Positions 7,584 to 15,985 are shown, numbered from the stretch's first letter. The stretch: DNA of 32,000 nucleotides from Pleurocapsa sp. PCC 7327 (GCF_000317025.1 NC_019689.1:3208024-3240023); one strand, 5' to 3'. Notes: generated by a model from the letters alone, not told the origin. Made by a program: numbers and translations.

Positions 7584-8717
7584 ATGTTTTTTAATTGGTT
7601 CGGAAATAAATCCAACAAATACGAAGATTACTACGACAAAATAATTGCATCTCCGATACCAGCATTAGAAAGAGAGATAGATAAATGTCTAGAAGACTTT
7701 ACGAACGAAAGACGAGAACTCAAAAAATTTCGTCAAGATATTGATGAGCAAATAAAACAGATAGAAGAAACTCAGCAAAGGCAGCGATATCTTTTTAACA
7801 GTCTCGGAGAACTATTATCTCAAAACAATATTCCAGTTACTCCTCAAAATATTAAGTGGGTGATGCAACAAATCCAAGCTCAACCGAATGAATATTCTTT
7901 TGTTGAGCAACAAATGATTTATTGGCGCAAACATCATCTTGAGTTAGCTATTAGACAAATAATCCAGAAACTCCCTTATCCTCCACCTGTGGTAGAACAA
8001 ACAGTAGCTTGGATGGTACAACAGGTAAACGCTCAACAAAATGAAATCCTCTTTATTCAACAGCAAATGCTTTATGAACGCCAAGAATATCTAGCTCACA
8101 TAATTAGATATGGCTTACAAAATATTGGTCGTCCTATCCCAGTGAATTTACCCAATATTAACGGATTGATACAGTATATTAATACTCACTTTCAATGTCA
8201 ATGCCAACCAGATGAAGGTTCTTTTTTTGGCGAACAAATGCAACTTTATTGGTCAGGACAACCCCTACCAATCGACCGCAAAAGTTACCTTAAAAGTTGT
8301 ACGCTTGAATTCTTCTACAAAAGAGTTGCTCATTATCACAAGAGGTCGGGAAGAAGTAGAAATCTATCCTATCAACAAGATTTAGCTGCTATTGATAGAC
8401 AGAAAGAAGTAAATGCCTATCACAAATATCTGGATGAAAAACGCCTAGTTGAACACCTAGAAAATACTCAAAGGAATTGGGAAGGATTAGGAAGTAGCTT
8501 AAGCCGGGATTTGGCTAACGAACAATTAGAATTGCGTAAAAGATGGGAAGCTGCAATGCTGGCAGCAGATTCTAGCGAACAATTTAGTCAAAATGCCGCA
8601 AAATTCCAGAAGTTAGCAGAAGAAGAAGAAAGGAAATTAAAGTATTATGAACAGCTAAATATTGACGTTTTTACTGAAGGTTTAGTTGATTTTATTCTCA
8701 CAGAACCATTAGATTAA
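7584..8717 (+). CDS. Coiled-coil protein with three internal repeats of about 48 aa (hypothetical)
   Basis: AGGAG SD. The repeats IPVTPQNIKWVMQQIQAQPNEYSFVEQQMIYW..., PPVVEQTVAWMVQQVNAQQNEILFIQQQMLYE... and IPVNLPNINGLIQYIN...FFGEQMQLYW are encoded at about 7830-8261. The flanks are Glu/Lys/Gln-rich and helical. Confidence 0.65.
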   Translation: MFFNWFGNKSNKYEDYYDKIIASPIPALEREIDKCLEDFTNERRELKKFRQDIDEQIKQIEETQQRQRYLFNSLGELLSQNNIPVTPQNIKWVMQQIQAQPNEYSFVEQQMIYWRKHHLELAIRQIIQKLPYPPPVVEQTVAWMVQQVNAQQNEILFIQQQMLYERQEYLAHIIRYGLQNIGRPIPVNLPNINGLIQYINTHFQCQCQPDEGSFFGEQMQLYWSGQPLPIDRKSYLKSCTLEFFYKRVAHYHKRSGRSRNLSYQQDLAAIDRQKEVNAYHKYLDEKRLVEHLENTQRNWEGLGSSLSRDLANEQLELRKRWEAAMLAADSSEQFSQNAAKFQKLAEEEERKLKYYEQLNIDVFTEGLVDFILTEPLD

Positions 8718-8732
8718 ATTGGGAGAAAAAGT

Positions 8733-8837
8733 ATGTCTGAGAAATTACCGACAGACAATAAAAGATTAGTTAGCAAATTAGTTCGATCTGCTAGCGAACT
8801 AAAATCGAAAGTATCGGCAGTAATACAGTCATCTTAA
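8733..8837 (+). CDS. 34-aa ORF, possibly the N-terminal fragment of a gene split by an in-frame stop
   Basis: GGGAG SD 7 nt upstream of the ATG at 8733. Translation MSEKLPTDNKRLVSKLVRSASELKSKVSAVIQSS, then TAA at 8835-8837. It is in the same reading frame as the ORF at 8850-9059. Confidence 0.35.
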   Translation: MSEKLPTDNKRLVSKLVRSASELKSKVSAVIQSS

Positions 8838-8849
8838 CAGGCAGAAATC

Positions 8850-9059
8850 TTGATTAATTTCATTGAACAACGCATTCATCAATTAGGTGATTCTCTCCGT
8901 GACGAAATGCACCAGATTTCTGAAAAGTATCGCTCTGAAATGGAGCAAGTATACCTGCAAAAACAGCAACAATTACGCCGTGAAGCCATGTATCAGTGGT
9001 TCATTACTTTGGCTTTACTAATAGCAATGATGGCGAAAAATAGTATCTTAAATTTTTAA
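8850..9059 (+). CDS. Small protein with a C-terminal TM helix (69 aa from a TTG start); the start is uncertain
   Basis: The only start available is TTG at 8850. A helical Gln/Glu-rich part is followed by WFITLALLIAMMA. It is in frame with the ORF at 8733-8837. Confidence 0.4.
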   Translation: MINFIEQRIHQLGDSLRDEMHQISEKYRSEMEQVYLQKQQQLRREAMYQWFITLALLIAMMAKNSILNF

Positions 9060-9080
9060 AGAAAAGCTAATTTTGTAGTC

Positions 9081-9875
9081 ATGAGTCAGCAAATACAAAG
9101 TCAGATTGAACAAATCACCCTTCAAAGGTATCGAGAACTTATCCAAGGGGGTGCCATCGTAGTTCAGGATTGGTACGGTACAGTACATCTACAACAAATT
9201 CTCAATCAGTTTGCTTCTGCAACTGGAGCAAGGGCACGTTTCTTCATAGTAGATGCCCCACTTCAAATTCTTGCTCAAGCAGCAGACGGATGGAATGCAG
9301 AAAGTTTAGCTGATGGAACCTTTATTTTTAATTACGATTTGCTAAATGCCAGTTGGTCAATAGCAGAAGGATACGCCTGCTGGCGCGCAGATCCATCTTT
9401 TAATCTGAATTATCATTTTTGGCTGATAGCTCAGGCTTTAAGGAGCGACTTTGATATTATGCCCCCTACCGATATATTTGGGCAACTCCAGTATCAAACA
9501 AGCCAGATCTTTCGAGACATGATTGCTTTTGTTGCGGCACACGAACTTGCCCACTTTATCAAACATGATTTGGCAAGGAAATTAGTAGAAGCATCGTTGA
9601 CGGGAAGTACTCCAATTTCCGCCATGTTTTTCAGTCGGGGACTCGAAATTGAAGCTGACCTTCTTGGTTTGAGTCTCCTTGTACAGGCAGGATATGACCC
9701 GCGTGGGGCATTATTATCTCTTGCTTTTATGGACTATTTGGACAAGTTTACGGGCAGACAGCCTCATCCTTTAGATCCCCATCCACCAGCTAGCGATCGC
9801 TTCACGATCGTCCAGCAATGGCTGACTAATAATGGATTTCCACTTCCACAGATTTTTGAGCGGATTCATATATAG
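9081..9875 (+). CDS. M48-like HExxH zinc metallopeptidase, soluble
   Basis: AAHELAHFIKHD (HExxH) is followed by GLEIEADLLGLSLLVQAGYDPRGAL. This is the E..AD...G....AGYDP pattern of M48 family peptidases. No TM segments. Confidence 0.7.
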   Translation: MSQQIQSQIEQITLQRYRELIQGGAIVVQDWYGTVHLQQILNQFASATGARARFFIVDAPLQILAQAADGWNAESLADGTFIFNYDLLNASWSIAEGYACWRADPSFNLNYHFWLIAQALRSDFDIMPPTDIFGQLQYQTSQIFRDMIAFVAAHELAHFIKHDLARKLVEASLTGSTPISAMFFSRGLEIEADLLGLSLLVQAGYDPRGALLSLAFMDYLDKFTGRQPHPLDPHPPASDRFTIVQQWLTNNGFPLPQIFERIHI

Positions 9876-9947
9876 CTAAATCCCTAGATAAATCTTTAGA
9901 AGTTTTTGCAACACGACCCTAGAACTCAGGTTTTCCTCTAACTTGGC

Positions 9948-10766
9948 TCACTGACTAATCTCAATGTCGCTAGATTCGCATAGATAGCTCAAGACTTCTT
10001 GGGCATTGCGAGTCAGAGTAGGAGACGGATTTTTCACAGAGTAGATTTCCTGCAAAGCATCCGACCAAAGACCTAGTTGGGCAAAATAGTTAGCGCGTTG
10101 TAAGGCGATTTCCTCGACAGTGGCTCCTGCTGTTTTCAGTTGCGTTTCCAGTTCCGCCAGTTTAGAGGCGATATCATTGCGCTCTTGGGACTCCATCACT
10201 TGAAAAGTAAAGCGCTGCCGATGGGAAGACGGAACGACCAATTCCCAATCGTAGATTTTACCAGGCTGCAACGCCTCTCCGGTATACTTAACACTTTGAA
10301 ATTTTGCCGTTTGAGATTGTGCCGTGACAGTCTGACTCCACAACAGTTCCTGCTCGCGATCGGGATTAAAAGGACTGTAAAGGCGAATTTTGATACTTGG
10401 TGCCGTTCCTTGCCAGAGAAACAGAGGGCGATCGCTCCAGATGATATTTTTTTCTCCTAGCAAACCGGGGGTAATCTCGCAGACATTCCCTCGTGAGGTT
10501 AAGGCAGGCTCGTTCCGTTTCGATTTCAATAATTCCCAAAGAACTGCCCAGACTGAGTTCTGCTCGCTTCCTCTAGTTTCTGTTGAAGTGTTGGCATTGC
10601 GAACGCGATCTCTAGTTTCTACTGAGGACTCAGAATTCGGCTGAGCAAAGGCACTGAGAATCAATCCAGAGTAGAAACAGGCGGTAGCTGTGGCAGCCAG
10701 TAGCAATATAGACGCGATTTTCTGGCTGGGTTTTCGAGTTGAGGTCAACGACTTGATATTAACCAT
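9948..10766 (-). CDS. Secreted DUF928-family protein
   Basis: Signal peptide ILLLAATATACFYSGLILSAFA|QP. The size, the C-terminal TPR-like helices and the position next to a CHAT gene fit cyanobacterial DUF928 proteins as I recall them. The start overlaps the upstream gene by 8 nt. Confidence 0.6.
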   Translation of the reverse strand: MVNIKSLTSTRKPSQKIASILLLAATATACFYSGLILSAFAQPNSESSVETRDRVRNANTSTETRGSEQNSVWAVLWELLKSKRNEPALTSRGNVCEITPGLLGEKNIIWSDRPLFLWQGTAPSIKIRLYSPFNPDREQELLWSQTVTAQSQTAKFQSVKYTGEALQPGKIYDWELVVPSSHRQRFTFQVMESQERNDIASKLAELETQLKTAGATVEEIALQRANYFAQLGLWSDALQEIYSVKNPSPTLTRNAQEVLSYLCESSDIEISQ

Positions 10767-13218
10767 GAGATGTCCTCCTCAAAGTCGGCAAAACATAAAT
10801 CCAAAAGGCTACTGACGGCAGAAACCAAGGCAGCAATACCGCAGCAGAGATATAAACCTGTAGTCCAATGAGAATATAAGCGGCTGTAGCGCCAGCTAGC
10901 CCAATTGCCCACTGCCATCGATCTCTGTACTGTTTCCTCAGCACCAGTGTGGCTCTTTTGCCCAGCAAAACTGCTATGCCGATCGCCCAAAGATCGGGAA
11001 TGGGAACGACTAATCGCTGTGCCAGCAAATGATGAATCATGTAAGCAAGGGCTTCAGATCCCGCGAATTTGTCTGGGTTGGTTGCCGCAGAAACCCGCCG
11101 TTTTCGCCAGTAAGCAACGGCTAGAGGCGCTGGGAAATTATCTGCCCCAGGTATGATTCCTGCTTCGTCATATCCTCCTGGGGCAACGATCGCGATTTGC
11201 TGCTCGAACCGATCGCCTGCTAAAGTATCGACATTATCATCGAGTAACTGCCAAGCGGCAATGCGATCGTAAACCAAGTCTGGGGGAATCGAAAAGTCAT
11301 TGATAGGTCGCAACCAAAGTTGACCAAAGTTTTCGGCAAAGCTGCTTATCGGGTGAAGCCGTGTTTGGCGTAAGAAGGCAACAGTATCGTTGGGTTTATC
11401 TCCCTCGTTGAGATAATTAAATACTTGGGTACGAAAATCGCTTCGGTTATTTAATCGCGGTTTCGGCAAATCAGAGGCAAAAGGGTCTTGATTGAGTGCG
11501 TAAACTACTGCCAGCAGATAGGCAAAGGGACAAGTCTGGTAACAATCTGTTTTTGCAGGTAAAAGTCTGACATATTGGGGCAAGGCATTAGTATAACCTT
11601 CGAGACTCCAATAACGTTTCGCAATGCCAGTTTCAGGCGCTCCCCCCACTTCTTTTCCATTATCCAACTGAGCTGCAAATACAATCCAAATGCCTTTCCG
11701 ATCGACCGCAGTGCGGATAGATTGTGAGAGTAGGCGATCGTTCCCAGGTCTGTCTAGAAGATAATCGATTCCTACAACTTTGGCATCTAAGGCTGAGAGT
11801 TTGTCAATCAAACTAGCTAGATAGCTGCGATCGATTGGATTGGGATCGGAGATCCCCGCTTTCTGAATTGACCGCTCGTCGATCTGAACCAACAGGACGG
11901 GGGGTAATGCCGCAGGTGGAATTTGTCCCGTGACATCGCGGTAGATTGCCTGGATTAAGACTCGCCCTTCTAATAAAAAGTCCTGTACGGGGGGAAATAA
12001 GCTCAGTAGTACTAACGATCCCAGAGCGATCGCTTCTCGGCGCGTGGGCAACCACTGTTTGAGCCATTGCCTAAAGCCAAAAGGTTCAATTTGAAATAGA
12101 TCGGCATCGGGATGACAAAATAAGGAAGGAATGAGGTAAGCAGAGGGATAGGTAAGGTTCTGTTGCTGCTTGAGATATTGACAGGCTGCCAGCAGGGCAT
12201 CGCACACGTCTTTGTATTGGGTTAAGAGTTGCAGAAACCGCACCAGAAAGGCTTGCGCGACTCGATTGTGGATTGGCTCCCGCATCACTGCCACTTGGCT
12301 TAGTCCCAAGTCAATCAGCGAGGCAGCCATACTGAGTCCCCGACAGGAGTTAAAGAGAGCAAATTGAAGTCCTCGCTCTTTGGCTAGCTGTAATTGTGGC
12401 GCAATTTCACTGACGAACATTGACGCGCCAGGGGCGATCGCTAACTCTCCTCCAGTAATGGCAGTTTCATTGCTATGTCCGGCGAAAAATAAAATATCCC
12501 AACCCCGTTCGTCTGCGATCGCCTCACAAATCTGCGCCTTGAGTTCGGATATGGCTTTTCCGGGTTGCCAGCCAACAAATTGAATCTCTGCCACGGAGAC
12601 TAACGATCGCAAAGCTTGCCGATCCCCTTGAAAGTTCAGTCCCGTGTCATCGCCTAAAATAGCTAAGACGCGAGTTCGACCGCGACGAAATCTCTGACGC
12701 TGGGGAGTCGTTTCTGCCCGGATGTTAACTGGAGTGCGAGCAAAGCGAATGGCGACCGTCCCGGTAAATTCTGTTCCAATTTCCCAAGCTTCCCAAGGAA
12801 ATCGCTCTAGCTCAATTGGGTTACAAGTGAGGAAAACATCGACGCAGCCGCCACCGAGCTTTGACTGGACGGGCACTTGCTCTGCTAGGCGCTTAGCGGC
12901 ACGGGCAATCTCAGTGCGAATTTCAAAGAGTTCTTGACAGCGAAGCCAGCGATGAAACTCAGACAGCAGCATGGCTTCCGCCTGCACCAGTTGGGCATGG
13001 CGCTCGACGGTCGCTCCGCTGCCAGAAGCTTCCACTCGCGATCGCAACGCCGTTTTATAAAAGCCCAGATAAGCTCGCTGCCACTCCTGATACAGTTTCG
13101 TCAGTGCTTCTGGATAGGACAAGGTAGCGCAAAGCTGTTGTCCTCTACCCCAAGACAGCTCAAAAAGACAAGCTCGATCGATTTGTTGGACTTTGAGCCG
13201 AAAAATAGAGCGAAGCAT
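10759..13218 (-). CDS. CHAT (caspase-like protease) domain fused to a CHASE2 sensor domain; multi-pass membrane protein
   Basis: The N-terminal about 390 aa carry the His/Cys dyad context ILFFAGHSNE (His about 248) and ALFNSCRG (Cys about 292). A TM segment AIALGSLVLLSLFPPV follows, then about 320 aa of CHASE2-like region (VLLVQIDERS...GIDYLLDRP...), then three C-terminal TM helices. Confidence 0.8.
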   Translation of the reverse strand: MLRSIFRLKVQQIDRACLFELSWGRGQQLCATLSYPEALTKLYQEWQRAYLGFYKTALRSRVEASGSGATVERHAQLVQAEAMLLSEFHRWLRCQELFEIRTEIARAAKRLAEQVPVQSKLGGGCVDVFLTCNPIELERFPWEAWEIGTEFTGTVAIRFARTPVNIRAETTPQRQRFRRGRTRVLAILGDDTGLNFQGDRQALRSLVSVAEIQFVGWQPGKAISELKAQICEAIADERGWDILFFAGHSNETAITGGELAIAPGASMFVSEIAPQLQLAKERGLQFALFNSCRGLSMAASLIDLGLSQVAVMREPIHNRVAQAFLVRFLQLLTQYKDVCDALLAACQYLKQQQNLTYPSAYLIPSLFCHPDADLFQIEPFGFRQWLKQWLPTRREAIALGSLVLLSLFPPVQDFLLEGRVLIQAIYRDVTGQIPPAALPPVLLVQIDERSIQKAGISDPNPIDRSYLASLIDKLSALDAKVVGIDYLLDRPGNDRLLSQSIRTAVDRKGIWIVFAAQLDNGKEVGGAPETGIAKRYWSLEGYTNALPQYVRLLPAKTDCYQTCPFAYLLAVVYALNQDPFASDLPKPRLNNRSDFRTQVFNYLNEGDKPNDTVAFLRQTRLHPISSFAENFGQLWLRPINDFSIPPDLVYDRIAAWQLLDDNVDTLAGDRFEQQIAIVAPGGYDEAGIIPGADNFPAPLAVAYWRKRRVSAATNPDKFAGSEALAYMIHHLLAQRLVVPIPDLWAIGIAVLLGKRATLVLRKQYRDRWQWAIGLAGATAAYILIGLQVYISAAVLLPWFLPSVAFWIYVLPTLRRTSHG

Positions 13219-14570
13219 TATTGCGATTCTTCACGAATAAAGGCAAAGGACGGCAATGTAAGGGTTTCTCCATCCATCAAGACAAGGGTCACTAGAAATT
13301 GCTCGTTCAATGCGCCGACGACACGAGTATAGAGATAGGTATCCCCTGGGTTAGGCTCTACCTCGACTAAAACATTCGTTAGCTCGCTGACTCGTAATTT
13401 GAGTCCTTGGGGCAGCTCGTTCCCAGACCGCGTTCCTAAGATTAGCAGCAACGTCCACTCCGATTGAATGGGAATAGACCAGGTGACGGCGTACAATCGC
13501 AAGAGATTCTCAGCTAAAGTCAAGTCTCGGTAAGCGCCACGCGCCTGGGTAGGGATTTCCATGCCCCTACTTCTTAACTGGGCGATTATCGCCCCGAACT
13601 CTTCAGCAGGCGATTCAACGACAGTATCTCTCAGGGAACGTAGGGGTACTGTAGCCAAATCCGGGGGCGGAAGTACCATCCAAGATAGATTCTGGGCGAA
13701 CTCGTCTAGCTCGTCCTGTAACCACAGCCATACATTCACGACTTGTTGGGTTAGGTTTTGTAAGATTTGTGAAAGTTGACCGATCGGTTGTGCTTCTGTT
13801 TGCAGGCAGTATAGCCAATCTAGTAGCTCTGGACTGCTCAGCAGTGCCGCTCCCTGCTCCCAAGTCAATACCTTCCACAAGGGGCGATTTGGAGATTGTA
13901 GCTGTGGGATTAGAGGTTCTAGTTCAGCTTGTATCCCCGATAGAGACGCTAAGCGATTAGTTGGTATCGCAGGCAGAGGGATGGCAGTCGGTTCCAAACA
14001 GCGCAGGTAGAGCAACAAGCGATCGGGATCGCGATCGAACCATGCGTATGGCAGCTCGTAAGTCCAGTCTGGCTCGGCTTGTAAGTTAGCAGATTGCAGA
14101 CGGTCTACGAGTTGGTCGTGGCGGATGAAGCTCTTAATTGTGGCTTGTTCCTGCTCTTCTCGAACCTCTACCAGCACATAAAAATGGGCGGCATATTCTG
14201 GCAAGTCAATGGCTGCTCTTGGGAAAGCGATCGCTTCATCGATTAGGGTTCCGGTTGCCAGCAAGCAAAGTTTAAACTCGCCCACCTCTAGATTACAATC
14301 CGCAGCGATCGCGTTGGCATACTGCGGCTGCAATACAGTACAGTTTTCCGAGTTGACCCGAAGCTCTGCTGCTCGCTCGCTCAGCCACTGCTCGAAACCA
14401 AATAACGCTAAAGCATTGAGATAGATTTGCCATTGCCGGAATTCATTCACAATTTGGCTGCTGAGTTGTACGGCTCGGTCAATCTTGTCCGATTCGAGGA
14501 AAATTGTCTCTACGGGCAAGGATTCAAAGTCGAGCAGAAGGTCAGTCGGATCGTTAGGGAAGTTAGTCAT
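13218..14570 (-). CDS. DUF1822-family protein (acidic, soluble, function unknown)
   Basis: 450 aa. The N-terminal ...EFRQWQIYLNALALFGFEQWLSE... pattern is what I recall for cyanobacterial DUF1822. The start overlaps the upstream stop (ATGA), and its own stop overlaps the next start (TAATG). Confidence 0.6.
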   Translation of the reverse strand: MTNFPNDPTDLLLDFESLPVETIFLESDKIDRAVQLSSQIVNEFRQWQIYLNALALFGFEQWLSERAAELRVNSENCTVLQPQYANAIAADCNLEVGEFKLCLLATGTLIDEAIAFPRAAIDLPEYAAHFYVLVEVREEQEQATIKSFIRHDQLVDRLQSANLQAEPDWTYELPYAWFDRDPDRLLLYLRCLEPTAIPLPAIPTNRLASLSGIQAELEPLIPQLQSPNRPLWKVLTWEQGAALLSSPELLDWLYCLQTEAQPIGQLSQILQNLTQQVVNVWLWLQDELDEFAQNLSWMVLPPPDLATVPLRSLRDTVVESPAEEFGAIIAQLRSRGMEIPTQARGAYRDLTLAENLLRLYAVTWSIPIQSEWTLLLILGTRSGNELPQGLKLRVSELTNVLVEVEPNPGDTYLYTRVVGALNEQFLVTLVLMDGETLTLPSFAFIREESQ

Positions 14571-15985
14571 GGCGAGTTTCTCCTGGCTTCGAGGTGGCGA
14601 CAGAGACGCTGGGCAAAAAGGCTGCTGGAAGAGCGATTTTTAGCCATGCTGGCTTCTGTTTCTGCTTCTTCGATTGTGGCAGCAATCTGTTCGTCAAGAG
14701 CAGCCTCAACTTTTTGAAGTCGGTCTGGATGAGTATAGGTCATGGCTGTTTCTAAGGTGCGATCGCGCAAATCCTTTAACATTTGCTGCCGGATATCAGC
14801 CCGAAATTCCTTGAGCTTGAGCAGACGACTCACTTGATACTGTGCCTGCAAACCGACAACAGAAGCAATTTCACCCATAGACTGTCCCTGACAGTGAAAT
14901 AATTCGAGGGCAGTCAGAAATTGCCGCGCTATCTGAGATCCTTTGTCCTGTAAACAACTGAACCGAGCCTGAGTTACCTGCTCTATAGCCCGATCCAAGC
15001 AGCTTATGAATTGCTGGCGGTAAAATGTCAAAAATTCTGCTTGCTCGTTTTCTTCTTCTGAGTCACTGGTAGGGGCAGATGCCTGAAGGCGCTCGGCGAT
15101 TAACTGAATTTTAGGGCGATCGAGGGATTCTTGAGCAGTAGACCCTCCCCTGGCGTAAATGCGATACTGACGCAGGCGCTCTGCTAGGTCTTGCAAGCGA
15201 GACATAGTATTTTCTGGCAAAAGAGTAAGGTTGGCTGTTTGGCGATTCAGATGAGCGATTTGTTGTAGTTGCTCCCTTGAGGGGGGCTGGCATTTCCCCT
15301 TGACCCCAGAGGAGCGCTGCTTGAGGCGATCGCGCCGATAGATAGCGTGATAGCTCTCTAGCAGAAGGCAAGCATGCTGAATTTGAGCTGGCGCAAGATT
15401 GTGAAATCCCGCCAAAATTCGCTGTAATTGCTTGGGAGCCGTGTCATTGAGGATTGCCCAGTCGCTGACCAGATAAACGCCGCGTTCTAACAAGAAGGCA
15501 TTGAGTTCTCGATGATGTTTTACGAGTCTCGTCGTCCAAGTGGACAAGCTCGCGCGTTCCGGGTCAAAGGTTTGCAAAATCTCAATAGCCAGAGATTTGT
15601 ATGCTCTTGGAGAGCTTGACGATCTCAAATCATCCAAAATGTCATCAAGGACAAAAGGAAACAGATCGTGACGAGTAAAGCCATGTTCGCTGCCAAATTG
15701 AACTTCAAGCTGAATGCAAACTTGCTCGATCTGACCGGAGATAAAGCAGCGCAAACAACGCTCAGCATTGAGAGGATTGGTGTCTTCCCCCAAGGGAGCT
15801 TTGGCAGCATCGCGGCGTAAAGCCAGCAGTTGGCGTTGAATGATTGAATCCGCCACGTCTACTTGAGTTGCCAATTCGGGAAATTGCTGCTGGAAAAACG
15901 CTTTAGCTGAGGCAATTTCTTCAACTTTGCGCCTTCCGGTAGCATCAAGTCTCGCGAGTCTCCAGTATCTCGATGCAGCACCCAC
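14567..15985 (-). CDS. Atypical extended sigma-70-family-like protein (region 2-like and region 4 HTH-like segments)
   Basis: 472 aa with a GTG start; there is no in-frame ATG for more than 250 codons. LSTWTTRLVKHHRELNAFLL resembles sigma region 2, and GQSMGEIASVVGLQAQYQVSRLLKLKEFRADIRQQM resembles a region 4 HTH. About 170 aa lie between the two segments. Motif-level call. Confidence 0.5.
   Translation of the reverse strand: MGAASRYWRLARLDATGRRKVEEIASAKAFFQQQFPELATQVDVADSIIQRQLLALRRDAAKAPLGEDTNPLNAERCLRCFISGQIEQVCIQLEVQFGSEHGFTRHDLFPFVLDDILDDLRSSSSPRAYKSLAIEILQTFDPERASLSTWTTRLVKHHRELNAFLLERGVYLVSDWAILNDTAPKQLQRILAGFHNLAPAQIQHACLLLESYHAIYRRDRLKQRSSGVKGKCQPPSREQLQQIAHLNRQTANLTLLPENTMSRLQDLAERLRQYRIYARGGSTAQESLDRPKIQLIAERLQASAPTSDSEEENEQAEFLTFYRQQFISCLDRAIEQVTQARFSCLQDKGSQIARQFLTALELFHCQGQSMGEIASVVGLQAQYQVSRLLKLKEFRADIRQQMLKDLRDRTLETAMTYTHPDRLQKVEAALDEQIAATIEEAETEASMAKNRSSSSLFAQRLCRHLEARRNSP

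Noticed and set aside
10140-15810. Numerous 60-130-aa ORFs overlapping the four-gene minus-strand operon, in sense or antisense. Examples are 10140-10460, 10905-11156, 12934-13332, 13561-13779, 14427-14717 and 15111-15371.
   Set aside because: Each is fully contained in a longer ORF with recognisable domain content. Their Arg/Ser/Pro-rich composition is typical of off-frame translation of GC-richer coding DNA.
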